NCBI GenBank assembly: GCA_030141605.1
Contig: JAQGDQ010000027.1
Span: forward strand, 434,001-498,000
From: Tubiluchus corallicola
Taxonomy: Eukaryota; Animalia; Priapulida
Direction: 5' to 3'
Length of the DNA stretch: 64,000 bases
Shown: piece after piece, positions 45,801 through 57,700 of the stretch
Layout of the letters: each line of letters begins with the position of its first letter
Position numbering within the stretch: position 1 is the stretch's first letter
Translations under genes and position numbers: made by a program
Notes under the pieces: model-generated
Database searches by the model: none
What the model was told of the DNA's origin: nothing
The model's input: the letters and a program-made list of their open reading frames with translations, nothing else

Positions 45801-47112
45801 ATAAACCTCTGAATATAAAACTCATTCCCAACTCCAGTAAAATGAAAGTGTTCATTATTGCTGTCCACTATAGTAGCCTTTGGGATCAGTGCGAGTAAGC
45901 CCCGATCTCAATTTCATGGCCTCAAAATATTTATCCAGACAACTCTTGAAAGTGTTCAGTAAAAGTGCAACCACCACTATTTCAGGTAGCTTATTTCATG
46001 AGCCTGGCACTCTTCTGTGAAAAAGTACTTTCGTTTATTAAGTCTACTGTATTGTACTTTAAGCTTGAGACGTAAGCCTTTCAGTTCTGCCTTCTTCACT
46101 CCTGTCTAAGTTAATTGGAATATCGTAATAACTGTTATTACTACTTCAATCATTTTTTCACTGAATATGCCGTAGCTTAGACTAGGTACCATATAAATGT
46201 CAAATAGCTTGAAGCCTTTCAGGCCCTTTCCTGTAAAAGGGTGACCATATTACGTTACCATATTCCAACATAGAACTGACTAATGTAGAGTACAGTGGGC
46301 TAAACATAGGTGCGGCCAGATAATCAAAGGAGTATTTCATCGCACGTGCTATCTTATTTAATTTACTGGGAACAGTTTCAGCATGCTAATCAAACTTCAA
46401 ATCCCCAATGATAAGCTTTGTGAAATACAATGGACTGGAAAAGAAGAAAGAACTTTTCTGACTCTACATTCACCTGTTGAAGGACGATTAGATGGATTAT
46501 ATTAAATAAATATTCTTCAGAATTTAGCACTCTCAATTTCATTTTGAATATGTCTAAATAGATAAATAGTTATGGTATTAGTATGGTAGTACATAATATG
46601 GTATTAAAAGAAATGGTTAAGTGTTTAACATTATACTTCTTCTGTTAGCATGATTTCTCACTTTTACTGTCTAGCCTATATATAATATAGATACGTCATC
46701 TCACTAATGCCCGGTTTACGGTTATTAATTCTGAAACCCTAACCGTTTTTATGTCGGGCATGTTCAAATATCGTGAATTTTTATCTTCTTAGCCAAAAGT
46801 GCAGATGCACCTTATGTCGTAAAAGATGTCATGTTATGGTTTCGTGAATAATCGTGTTATGGTTAGGTCTCTTAGACTTCGTAAAGCATTAAAATTACCA
46901 ATAATGGCAATATCGGCAATAATTAAAATTAATTACTGACCCGAGTCGACGCGAATAAGTTCTGCTTTAACTTTACATTGCTCGACTTCATCTTTCAAGT
47001 GTGTCAGCTGTTTCTCTAACTTTGTTGTTACATCAGTAGGTAATTTTTCTAGTTCGTCACTGGTTAAAATTGAAAGAAGCACACTTGATGCAACTTTCGT
47101 GTCCGCCGCCAT
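3867..47112 (-). CDS. TPR: Nucleoprotein TPR (Megator/Mlp1 family nuclear basket coiled-coil protein), ~47 coding exons. In transcript order: 46941-47112, 44335-44439, 43477-43647, 42537-42640, 40555-40719, 39323-40021, 38172-38279, 37213-37346, 36543-36644, 36322-36406, 35723-35788, 34877-35022, 33702-33924, 32980-33153, 32221-32361, 31099-31372, 29840-29989, 28988-29085, 28704-28838, 27464-27616, 26472-26582, 25807-25925, 25016-25163, 24329-24466, 23549-23736, 22034-22165, 20717-20800, 20107-20271, 19539-19668, 18804-18887, 18569-18692, 18038-18109, 17752-17906, 15435-15616, 15189-15302, 14111-14287, 13370-13513, 11573-11760, 10399-10521, 9182-9374, 8390-8609, 8054-8250, 7603-7647, 6395-6563, 5644-5759, 4839-4931, 3867-4123
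   Basis: The exons are phase-consistent except for one junction (see findings). Conserved TPR motifs: N-terminal ELEKLP..KLEK and EQQYFEVE; PTAAATSRVLKSGMTLTQIYS; ILQEIEEKAPILKKQREDYE; LVTFKDIEELQKQNQHLL; SIVRQRDMYKVLL; TPR/MLP1-domain AQDKYERELLLHAADVEAL; LKRIGRKYK; TASIRPM and TPTATVMPT; basic NLS-like KRSR..KRPR; an acidic tract; [25 protein letters not shown]; and an RG-rich C-terminus. Confidence 0.95.
15770..15930 (+). repeat. Dispersed repeat fragment, second copy at ~42961-43116
   Basis: Shared blocks in the same order at both sites: cagccatt(c/tt)aatggtaggtc(a/g)tttgaaac and aagtttgaaaa(a/g)ataa(t/c)cag(ag/ta)cattcgtag. Confidence 0.65.
18991..19368. mobile_element. hAT-superfamily non-autonomous element (MITE)
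   Basis: Imperfect terminal inverted repeats CAGGACCGGAT...ATTCGGCCCTG, flanked by a perfect 8-bp target-site duplication ACTACAGC (18983-18990 and 19369-19376). An 8-bp TSD is typical of hAT elements. Confidence 0.85.
21391..21836. mobile_element. Degenerate inverted-repeat element (MITE-like) carrying an internal minisatellite
   Basis: The left end ggtctatac..aatgcc..caagaaagagattgctagc is an imperfect reverse complement of the right end gttagcaatctctctcttg..ggcatt..ctatagtct. Confidence 0.55.
21522..21782. repeat. Minisatellite, 49-bp unit, ~5.3 copies
   Basis: The unit aacatggcactcattgtttgcctaacagcaggtcatagatttgtattac recurs at 21522, 21571, 21620, 21669, 21718 and 21767. Confidence 0.95.
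23002..23430. repeat. Minisatellite of alternating 23/24-bp monomers (47-bp higher-order unit, ~9 copies)
   Basis: Alternating tcaggcctcacaagtgaaacgat and tcaggcctcacaatgtgaagtgat, with no unique spacers. Confidence 0.95.
25237..25432. mobile_element. Tc1/mariner-like MITE (~196 bp)
   Basis: TIRs CAGGGTTGTCCA / TGGACAACCCTG, with TA at the right end (left flank is not TA). Confidence 0.7.
30258..30753. mobile_element. pogo/Tigger-like (Tc1/mariner superfamily) MITE, ~496 bp
   Basis: TA|CAGTGGCCGCCGCTT...AAGCGGCGGCCACTG|TA, with multiple subterminal ttaatatggaca-like repeats at both ends. GC content is higher than the flanking intron. Confidence 0.9.
31456..32165. mobile_element. Degenerate hAT-like non-autonomous element
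   Basis: Right end GTTAATCCAGCCCTG, degenerate left end CGGCACTAGATTAAC, and near-identical 8-bp flanks GGAAAAGA / GGAAAAGC. The termini resemble those of the 18991-19368 element. Confidence 0.5.
32485..32718. mobile_element. Tc1/mariner-like MITE (~234 bp)
   Basis: TA|CTGGGTGTTTCAAAACAAAACAGTGC ... GCACCGTTTCTTTTGAAACAACCTG|TA: imperfect TIRs with TA on both sides. Confidence 0.75.
36795..36935 (+). mobile_element. tRNA-Val(TAC)-derived SINE or tRNA pseudogene
   Basis: A-box-like GTGTAGTGGTTA, anticodon arm CTGC-CTTACAA-GCAG and T-arm/B-box CTGGGTTCAAATCCAG, but no pairing acceptor stem. A 5'-truncated copy sharing the B box and the following ~90-nt body lies at ~40136-40228. Confidence 0.7.
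38736..39186. mobile_element. MITE with TA-flanked TIRs and ~21-bp subterminal repeats
   Basis: TATAGGTTTTACATGTCAAATGTAGAC ... GTCTACATTTGACGTGTAAAACCTATA. Repeated tcaaatgtagac-type units on the left are mirrored by catttga units on the right. Confidence 0.88.
40136..40228 (+). mobile_element. Truncated copy of the tRNA-derived SINE
   Basis: ggttcaaatccaggctgt..cttcacattt(a/c)ctgt..ttcaa..gaaaa.tccaatta..gtttgtac aligns with 36845-36932. Confidence 0.65.
41490..42386 (-). mobile_element. pogo/Tigger-like non-autonomous DNA transposon (~900 bp)
   Basis: Right end ..TTAAGCCGCGCCTACTG|TA and degenerate left end TA|GAGTAGGCCTCATTTA. Positions ~42043-42386 are the reverse-complement homologue of 55556-55922. 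Confidence 0.7.
45880..46480 (-). mobile_element. Decayed 3' fragment of a CR1-type LINE in TPR intron 1
   Basis: Minus-strand pieces translate to MKYSFDYLAAPMFSPLYSTLVSSMLEYGNVIWSPF and NKRKYFF...NKLPEIVVVALLLNTFKSCLDKY. These match CR1 ORF2 C-terminal motifs (LYKSLVRPHLEY..WSP; FFSxRVVxxWNxLP..FKxRLD). Stops and frameshifts are present. Confidence 0.75.
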
Positions 47113-48796
47113 AGCTCCAGTAAGAGTTTTCTGAGCAAACAACGCACTGTCAGACTGTCAGCACTTTTATTCACAAGGGGTTTGTTTGCCAACATTACCC
47201 AACCAACAAAGAACTTGGACGAAAATCATCGGTCGTTTTCGCCACTGCCCATTGGGGAATACTAGTTGAAACAAAAGCATTAACTACGTAATAGTAATAG
47301 CAATCGCAAATTTATTTAGCTTCATAAACATAATACAGTAGTTAAAATCCCTGACACAAAGAGTTTTATATTAAAACATACTGCTCTTAGGGAACTTCCT
47401 AAAATGAGATGATCACAGATTAGCAAAGCAACTACTACTCATATGAATGGAAAGAGAGCATTACGCTAACAGTTTATAATCTGAAACCAAATAAATTATT
47501 AAATAACTACCAAATGGAAGAGCGAAAAGAAGGCTTGTCACAACTAAATCACAATGGAAAAAGATGGTGAAGCTCACGCTATTTGAGGATATACAACAAG
47601 AATTTTAATAGAAAAGATCAAAAGTCTATGTTGAACTAAGTTTTTTTGAAACCGTACATTCTACTTGTAAGCTCAGGTAGAATTTCATTCACATTACTCT
47701 GAGCATGAAAAAACTTAAAGGAAATTATACGAGTGTAGTGACAAAGTAACCTCAGTTGCTTTATGTAAATAACACTACAGTAGTCAAAGATAGGCCTGGC
47801 AGTTCTAACATAAATCCAATATACTTCGGACAAAATTCCAGTATCTTTAGTCAAAAATAGGCATTTGTGACAATATGAGCAATGTGTTTTTAATGAGCAA
47901 GCTGATTAATATATACAGTTGATAAACCTAAGTTGCTACAAAAAGCACCTTTCCAGAAAAGAGAATATAGGTACATAAACAGGAACATTATAAGGGAAAT
48001 TATTTATAGGAAGTCGCCATACAGTGCTAAAAAGTTATTTTGACAAATACAAAATCGTTTCCAATAACTGGGGAAAACAAAGTACAAGCAAATAAATAAT
48101 TATAATGATTACTAGATAATATGCATTGATATTGCCATTATATTAATTGGTTAGAATAACCTAGGCTTTACTGGATATCTTTTACTGTAGAGACACACAT
48201 TTCTTGACGATTTTTAAAAATATAGGAACAATAAAGTGGGACAGGCTTACATGTAATTATTTATGAAATGTGAATTGCGTGTTTTATAAGAAAAACTGTT
48301 ATGGAATGTAAATTGTATAAATGTTTTAGCTTATTTGGCATAAATCTAGAAGTAAACATTAATTGGATAATAAATTAATAATCACGAGTTAATAGATTTA
48401 TGACAAGCAACAGCATATTTGTTGGCTTACAATGTCAAACATTATTGTGTGGCAGAGCGACTCTATCCCATATGTCATTAGAAGTCATTAGCAGTTTTAA
48501 AATTTTAAAATGTTAATTTTGTTGTTAATTAAGTAATTGCTTACTTTTATGAATTATAATAGCAGGTAGCAATTCTCAGGCCTTGTAGATTAATTTTTTT
48601 GCTATGCTTTTGACAAGATTAGTATACACTTCCATTTACATTTATAGAAAGGAATTAATCGTAGAAAATACGCTCACTTTACAGTTTACGGTTCGTCAAA
48701 TTGTTGCTGCTTTTTTACAATCTACAGTAACAAAAATGAATCTGCTACGCAAGCACGATTCTTAAATACACGTAGCTTCTTAGATTGATATGTAGA
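47113..48796. promoter_or_regulatory. Divergent (head-to-head) intergenic/promoter region of TPR and SLC17A9
   Basis: The TPR ATG at 47110-47112 (-) and the SLC17A9 ATG at 48797 (+) point away from each other, ~1.7 kb apart. No specific promoter elements were established. Confidence 0.5.
47740..47854 (-). mobile_element. Short old LINE (CR1/L2-like) ORF2 remnant
   Basis: The translation IYVRTARPIFDYCSVIY resembles the LINE motif YxxxVRPxLEYCSxVW. Confidence 0.45.
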
Positions 48797-51700
48797 ATGT
48801 CTAACAATGTAAATGACACGCCAGAAGAAAATTTGTTGTTGGGAGCAGATATGAAACCAACCAAGGATGGTTTACACCTAAATTTACTTTCAGGCGATTC
48901 TGTTGCTAAGCAATGGAATAGGTAAACTTTGTAGTTTGTAGTACTAGTATTAACCCTTTCACTACGTCGTTGCCTTATCTTTATGTTACCTTATGCCAAA
49001 TCGTGTATATATGCTCATATCCGTATCCTCACAGGAGGCCTTGTATTTGTAGACTATCTCTTTCCCAGCCCAGTGCATGTCCAACCTTCTCTTAAATACA
49101 TCTACGCTTGGTGCGCATACCACATCGTTGGATAAAAAATTCCATGCATCTACAATTTTGTGCGAAAAACAATTCAATTCTATACACTTTTTTGATCTGA
49201 ACTTGTATAGCTTTAGTGAATGGCCTCTGGTGATTGATCTGGCCACCTGCGATCTCAATTTCAACTGTGGGCTTACAGCTTGATCATATATATTCGTTAA
49301 GATCTTATAAGCCTCAATCATGTCACCTCTCAGTCTCCTGTAAGCTAGTGTTGGTAACTTAGGGAACTTTAGACGGTCAGTATGAGATAATTCTTTCAAG
49401 TTACTAAGCTTTCTTGTCGCATATCTTTGTACTTGTCCTAGCTGATTTATATATTTGACCAATGAGTGCCATACTGAGCTTGAAAACTCCAAGTGGGGCC
49501 TAACTAATTTGTACAGACAGATGAACATACTATTTGCCAAAGTAGTAAAAGCTCTAGTTATTATCCCCACCATCTTAGCTTTGCTTATCTTTTCCTGGAT
49601 GTGATGTTCAAATGTGAGCAATCTATCAAAAATAACTCCAACGTCTTTCTCTGACTCAACCCATTGTATCCGGTAACTAATTTCATCTCTAACCAGCGTG
49701 TAATCAGAAGTTGGATTATTTTCTTTCCTAGATGTTATATTCATCGCCTTATATTTACCAGGATGAAAAGCTAACAACCAATCTTTACTCCATTTAGTCG
49801 TACTATGAAGATCTTCTTGAATGTTTTCCCTGTCCTGCTCTGATTCAATTTTATTGAACAGTTTTGTATCATCCACAAACAGAAAGATTTCAGACACAAC
49901 TTCTTATGGAAGATCATTGATGTAGATGAGAAATAATATTGGATCAAGGACGCTGCCCTGTGGAATTTAACTATCTACATTTCGCCAGCTTGAGCCACAT
50001 CCCTGTACAATGACTTTTTGCTTCCTATCATCAGAAAATCTGCTATCCATGTAACTATACCTTCCTCAATCCCATATGCTCTCAACTTACACAACACCTT
50101 TGTGGGTCACTGTATCAAATGCTTTTTCAAAGTCCATATACACGACATCCATGTTTTCTCCACTATCCAGTGCTTCAGTCCACATCTCCATTACTTGTAA
50201 GAGCTGTAGGCTTGTTGGGCATCTTGGCAAAAACCCATATTGCTTATTACTAATAAATTTGTTCATCAGTAGGCACTTTGGAATGTGGTCCCTCAAGAAT
50301 TTCTCCATTACCTTACATACAACACTTGTTAGAGATACAGGACGATAGTTATTTGCCATTTTTCTGTTACCCTTTTTGTATATCACAGATATTCTGGCTT
50401 CTTTCTGTTTATGTGGTAAAACTCCTGCAACAAACAAGTGATTAAAAATCATAGTTAAAGGCGCTTTAATTTCGTCTGCTAATTCTCTTAACAACCGTGG
50501 GTACATGCCATCTAGCCCTTCTGATTTTTATATATTTAGCTTTTTCAACTGTTCTTCTACCATTTCCTCATTAATTTCTAGCTGTTGCATACCATAAACG
50601 GCCCTCCTCTTTTCAAAATTTGGTATCCGAAGGCTAGAGTCCTCTAACACAACACACTTGCAAAGTAATCAGATAAGATTTCTGCTTTTGTTTCACTGCT
50701 AGTTACAAGTTCAGAGTTCAGATGTAGTTTTGTTCGGCACTCTATGAAGCTCACCAATTCCTTCTTTTATTTTGTACTTAGATTTAATATATTTCCAAAC
50801 TGCCTTAGGATTCGTTTTAACATCATGTGCAATATTTTCTTCAAGCTCAGCTCTCTGGCTCCTTATTTCTTTAGTTACTAGATTCCTAGCTCGATTGTAT
50901 TCCTTTCTGCTGTCCTCTGTATGCATCCTACAATACCTGTTCCATAGTCTCCTTTTCTCTCGCAGCAGCTGCCGACAGTTTTCATCTAATGGTCTTACTA
51001 TTCAATGGCAAATTTTTCTAATGTTAAATGCACCTTCGGATTTTTAGATCTTGCTTCTGTTGCAACTACGATATGTGGTTCAAGCTGGTTAATTTTTAAT
51101 CTGAATTCATAAAGTTTATTGCTCAAACAGTCCGCATTTGTGTACACAGTGATTCCAAACCTTTTTGATGTTCAAATTCCCTGCTCACACCGTCTTTTTT
51201 CGCATTTTCACAAAGTGTTTTATTAGTAGTGCTAGTGAATTTAATTCGGTTATATACATTATTTACACATTTTTGCAGCACTAAATCTACAGCTGACTCA
51301 CGGGAGATTTTACTTCTGTAATTTTACCCATGTTGTGGCCTTCTGCTTTTTCCTGGCCTTACCCCTGCTTTTTCCGCTTCTGCTTTCTTTAATTTCAGTC
51401 CTTCTCTCAATTTTCTGTTTGCCTCTCTTTGGATTGGTGTCACGTCTGGACGTTTCGTTTTTTGCCTGCTTTAATATTCTGCCTCTCACTGCATCATCTT
51501 CGATAGTTATCCTTAAAAGGTCGAATACTGTTATCTGACTACTTGCCCAGTCTTCTTACATTTTCAGCAATCACATCTTTAATTCCTAGTTCCATTTCAC
51601 AAAGATCCTTAAAGGCTTCAGTATTACTCTCAATTCTATTATTCAAATTATCATTATGGCTTTCTACGACAAAATATTTCAGCTTTTATTTTATTATCAA

Positions 51701-54700
51701 TATCTGCTTGTGTTACAACCCCAGCAGCTGTTTCTAATCTTGGAAACTCAGTGTCTGACTTCATTTGTTTTACAGAAGATTCAATGTCTTTTTTTATCTT
51801 CGAACACTTCTATTTTATCTCTTATGTCGTTGCTAGTTATTTTGTCCTCAAAATGTTCAAATTTGTCAGTTAACAGTCTTATCTCTGACTTGTCTGCTTT
51901 TGCACTTAATTTACAATTTAGCTGTTAAACCTGTTGTTCTAGTTTCGTTGCTAAAGTTGAGAAATTTTTTTGGATTTGGTCATGTACTGTTTGCTTTACA
52001 TTTTCAGTGCTGGCCTCTAGTTTCTTAGATAAATTAATTGATGCATTCGCCATAACAACACATCTACCCGGGCAAAACCATAACATTGATGGATTTCGTG
52101 TCAATGCGTACGTTTCATCTGAGTAACCTAGACACCTTGTGCATGACCACCACTCGCAATAGTCACAGTACAATGCTTTAGTGTTATCATCAACATTCTC
52201 ACCACACAGTTTACAAGGACAAGATTCCCCTGTTGATACCAACAACTCAATAGCCTGAAAGTCTGTTGAATCATTAACAGAAATTGTGCTCGATTTTCTT
52301 GCCTGAGTTGAGGACTTTGCCTTCGTTTTCTTTTTTGGGCCCATGTTTTCAACTTGAATATCAATTTATGTACTTTGCAGTAGTATTGTAATAAATACGT
52401 CTTACCATTTGCACAGCTAATTATGGCAGGATAATAATAGAAGAGTTTTAAAAATCACGGGTTGCAAAAAACTGTTTTTACGCTGTAGACGCCATGTTAA
52501 CACCCGCCATAGACGCCATTTTTAAACGCAACTCGCGTATTCAAAAACACCTCGCGATAAATTTTGAGCAAAAATTTCCATATATAACGGTCACTGATAA
52601 TTTCCAAGTAGCTTCACCGTCAAGAATCAACCTTTGAACGTGTGGGATTAAGATTTTTTTGCTAGAAAAACTTCAAATTGTAGGAGTTGAAATCTTCGCT
52701 GACCACAGCACCTAACACTGCACATGCTGCAACACCAGAAAAAAATGCTTTTTAACAGGACCACATTGATTTTTGCCCATTTGAGAATAACCTCTTGTGG
52801 TGTGTTCCTAAAACAGAATCTTGTAAGTAAACATAGTTGTTCGTTATTGAGTACTAATATTAAATATTAGTTTTATTTCTACAAATGCACACACATACGA
52901 GCACACATACATGCACTCACGCACACGCCCATGTGCACACTGTACACGCTTATAAATAAGCATGTGCTTATATTTAGAAACCAGTTTCCACAAAAGGTGC
53001 AATACTAATCTATAACATGCAATCATTTATAAGAATGCAGAACAGTTAACTAAACGTACGTTTCATCAACAATCTACAAGCAATTTTGCGTGGTAGCATA
53101 CCATAGTACAGTATTGTGGAATGCACCTGGCTTCAGATGCTGATTGACTGGCTAGCATTACTTGTTGCAAAGCAACCCCAATACCACAGCTGTTAAACAT
53201 TTCTGCAATGTTTTGTGTGGCCATAGCAGTAAAATAAACTGACCGGAGTGACTGCGCTTAGTGCTAAGCTTGGGCGGTTGTCTACCGCCTTCCGTCCTAG
53301 GCGTCAGTGTGCCGCCTTCCATAGTGAAAGGGTTAATTCTTACTCTTAGCACATTAGCAAGTTATGGCACGATGCACATACATGTACAATTTTGAACCTG
53401 AAAATCTTCATGCCTTTTGCCAGAAAATAAGCGAAAGGGGAAGAAAGTAGGATGGGGTTTAAAGTATGTCACCTTTTAAAGAACTTTCCAAATAAAGTTA
53501 TAATTACTTTGTACTACACTTGTCTGTTTGAACTACAATAGAAAATTCCCATTAATTTAAAGTTTTGCACCAGCTGGCGAAACCTCACTAGTTCACTATC
53601 CCAATAATTATAGTTTAGTGTAGTTTACTTTATTTATTCCAAATGCCAAATACAATTTAACAATATGTCATTCAAAAATGCACAATATAAAAATAACGTG
53701 AGAATAGTAAATAAGATATAGCCAAATGATTAATGCAGCACAAGCAATTATTGGCTCAGATCGGAAAGTGAATTTGTAAGATCTGAGCACCAAAAAAACC
53801 TGACTGGTTCACTAAAAAACCTGTTATTAATCTTGTTGACAAAGTAAACAGATTTGTACGTTTGCATATTGAAGAATGCACTATGAATATTCTGAATTTT
53901 TTTTTAATTTAAGCCATAGGTCCTAAATTTGCTTCAGTTTCTTACTCTATAGCTGACTGTTAAAATGGATGCACCCATGTGTAAGCACAGGAATTTAAAA
54001 TTTCAAGTTTTATACAGCATTACTGCTAATACAAGTTTTGCATGCACTACATGTAGGTGATACAAAATGTCGAGGCACATTTTTCAGACTAGTGTGAAAA
54101 TTTTCTTCTCTTGTCCTTTAAAGAACACAACAGAAAAGTGACTAGTCATGAGAAGGCAGATTTTTTACTATGGCATAATAGCTACCATGGTTAGAATACT
54201 CAACATTCCACCTTCTCAGTTTTAAACTGTAAATACGTGATAGCATTCAGCTGTTTAGTTGATAGTGTATATATTTCCATAAGCTGTTTGAAATGCTCCG
54301 TGCACGTTATTAAAGTGTTTATTTCTTTGGTTGTTAGGGCAGAACGAAATATATGGACAACATTTTTGTGTGCAGGCTCAGCTGCTCTTTATTGCTGCAG
54401 GACTACAATGCCTTTATGCGTGGTTTCTATAGAAAATAATTTTCATTGGACCAAGCGTGATGCGGTATGTATGCTTGGGAATTTAGAAGTTAAATTAGAA
54501 GGATACACAGTAGAATGCGGACCTGTTGAATATACTAAATTACGTAGCCGCTTGGTTAAGAAGCTGCCAGTAATTGTTCTGATGCTTGAACTATTGAATA
54601 CCAAGCAAAGGTTATAGAAAAATTATAACTGATGGTATCACCATAAATGGTTTGCATTGTTATAACTTCCGAGCAAGAATTCCCAAAAATAGGACATGGA

Positions 54701-57700
54701 AATAACATTATGCACTGTTGTTGTTCCTATGGGCAATGTGGACATGTTTAGAAAAAAGGACTACTTGTCTTGTAGCCCAGTTCCTCCTCTTTAAAAGTCC
54801 CATGAGGCTTTCTCCAGCACCCCATGAAGCGCTCCCATATATTTCTGAATGTATATATATATTGGAACCAGTCTGTGTAAATAAATCATTAGTGCATAAC
54901 CACTTGAAGGCTAGTATAGAAGAATGTTCTTATATGGTACTAGTAAAAGATCTATGCTAATGATGTGAATATTGTTTATGTGGGCTTACAACTTAATTTT
55001 TTTCAGGGAACAATATTATCGTCATTTTTCTGGGGCTATTCTATGACGCAAATTTTTGGTGGATGGTTGAGCGATAGAGTGGGTGGAGACAGAGTAATGC
55101 TGGCAGCTGCATTTATTTGGTCATTGTTAACATTTTGGACCCCAGTTTTCTTACACTTTCATTCCAATTTAAACTTGACATTTGCAGTTCTGATATTCTC
55201 ACGAGTTGTTGTTGGTGCTGCACAAGGTAGGCATGTATTGTTTGAAGTGTTATTTACAGCCTCAATAAGCTAAATCACTGAATCACTTTCAGGCTGAACT
55301 GCACATAATTGTTATTGTTTTGTATTGCACATAGATGTAAATTGACCAGTGTAACATTCTTCCTGTTACTAAATACAGGCCATACCTACGTACATATAGC
55401 TAGGTATTCCTTTGCTGTGAACATTTAAGCAGACAAGAAAGATGTAAATTGACATACCTAAGGCTGTAACTGGTACCTAATTAAGCTTATGCTTACAAAA
55501 AACATAAATCTTAACAATGACTTTGTGCTTCCAATCTGAATCAGTGATTAAATTACAGTAGGCGCCGCTTAATAGACTCACTTTGGGACCGAAGTGTTTT
55601 GACCCAATTGACCGACTGAACCTATTAACTGATGGACATAGTATTACTGGTATTGAAGTATGAGTCATCAGCTTAGTATGCGTTGCAAAGGTTTTTAATG
55701 AATTTTAGAAACCAAGTAATACCTAAATTCCTTTGTGTAGTTAAAAATTTTAGAAAAACTATTTTAAAATATTAATTTATATAAGCAGTAAATTATCATT
55801 GCAAAGAATTAGCTATAAATTAAAAAGTATACTTTTCTAAGTTACACAAGTCTGTTTGTTTGCAAAAATTACAAAAAATTCCTTCGAAGCCGGCTGCTTC
55901 ATTTTGTCACGAAGAAGTTGGCCCACAATGTACTGGTATTCTCATTTGCAGAACGTTGAAATAATATAAAAAATGCTTAATAAAAAACTTGGTATATATT
56001 GGTTAGTATCATTCACACTATTATAAGCATTCATTTTTTCTTACAGGTGTACATTATCCTAGTGGCAGTAGTTTAGTTGCTGAAAAAGTAGCAGACCAAG
56101 ACCGCACATGGGTTTTTACCTGTCTTCTCTCCGGGTCTCATTTAGGGTAAGATTAAGAAATTCTCTAAACCCACAAACTCTTTGTTTCCTCTGCATATAA
56201 AGATTATTATTAAAAAACCCAAGTATTTTTGTTTTAGTAACATTGTAATTTTTACTTTCTTTTAGGACTATTCTAGCAGGATTGCTAGGATCGTTTATCC
56301 TTGAACGATTTGGATGGGAGATGGTATTCCATTTAATGGGTGTGTCTTGATTTTCTCTTTTCCTTACCTTTCAGATATTGCCTTGAAATGTGAGCTTATT
56401 CATTTAACGAGCTATACATAAAAATCAAACTAACTCGAGTTATAGTGTTTATCATGACTTATCTTTCATTTTGCACAAATGATTGTGGATATCTTACAGC
56501 AATGATTGTCTTTTCACTGATAATTGTTTTATTTTCGTTTGCTTTTTCCAAATGCTACTAACACCATTTTTTAAATTTCGTTGACAGTACTAATTGATTA
56601 CTAAGGTTTGCTTGCTAGGTGACCCAATATTCTTTCATCACCCACCTCTTTCTGCCTTTATTTTCTAAAGCAAACTAACCAGAATTAAGCAAACCGTCTA
56701 TTAAATTGCATGAGGCAAATAAATTTGAATCGAATTGAATATTTTCATTTGACTGGAAGCAGTGTGAGCAAGTTATTAGGTTAATAATGCCCTGGAAAAT
56801 AGTGGCATTTTCTGATTTTTCTTAGTATGCAATGATGATGGTGAAATTAACTATAGGGCATTTAGATTTCCTCTTATAAACCTGTGGAATTATTTTGTTA
56901 AGATCTTGATTAAGCAAATTTACGTTGTTGTTTTTTTTGCTGTAAATTTGGCAGTTTGGACTAAATGACACTGTTTTAGATAGATTCGGTTTACTGTTTT
57001 GTGTAAGACTATTGCTTGTCTTTAATTTGTATTAGAATTTTTTATGTAGGAGTCTTTGGTATTACATGGGCACTTAGTTTTCGATATATGATGCACAAAA
57101 GAAGGCAGCAATCTCGAATACTCTCACTGAGAAGTAATTTTGTGTCAGAGACAAACGCACATGTGCAAAAAACCAATTCCGTCCCTTGGATTAAGTTGTT
57201 TAGTTCAGTATCATTTTGGTGAGTACAAGACATTTTGTGTTATTCACCTGTATAATTTTTATTTCTAAGCTTATATGTATTGTCAGTTTCAGTAGTATTT
57301 TACTATTTGTTTTGAGTGTGTTATACTGTGTAGTTATTTGGTTTGTTTTGTTTGTTAACTGATTATTATTAATCTTTTTCAGGTCTATTGTGATTGGTCA
57401 TTTTACAAGTGCTTATTGTTTTTTTATTTTATATTCTTGGATACCGACATACTTTCATGAGCATTACCCAGATGCAAAGGTAATTTCATTTTCGAAATGG
57501 CATTCGATGGTATCTGTTGGATAAAAGTGTGTGATACATTTTTCTTATTTTGCTTTTTGTTTGTAATTTTGTACAAACATAGATGCACAAAATAACATTC
57601 ACCTACTCATAGATAGTTGTGAGTTGCAACGATGAGTGTGAAATTCCATGTTACTGACCATTTGACTAAATGACCAATTTTCTGCCTGCCTAAGTATGAC

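Noticed and set aside
46707-46761. Hairpin containing AACCCTAACC, resembling a telomerase RNA template
   Set aside because: The template-like bases are partly sequestered in the stem, and no pseudoknot, CR4/5 or H/ACA domain was recognisable. A short match like this is expected by chance.
53965-54337. SLC17A9 start codon immediately upstream of exon 54338
   Set aside because: It has no similarity to SLC17A9 and no phase-compatible donor. The exon at 48797-48921 supplies the conserved QWxR junction in the correct phase.
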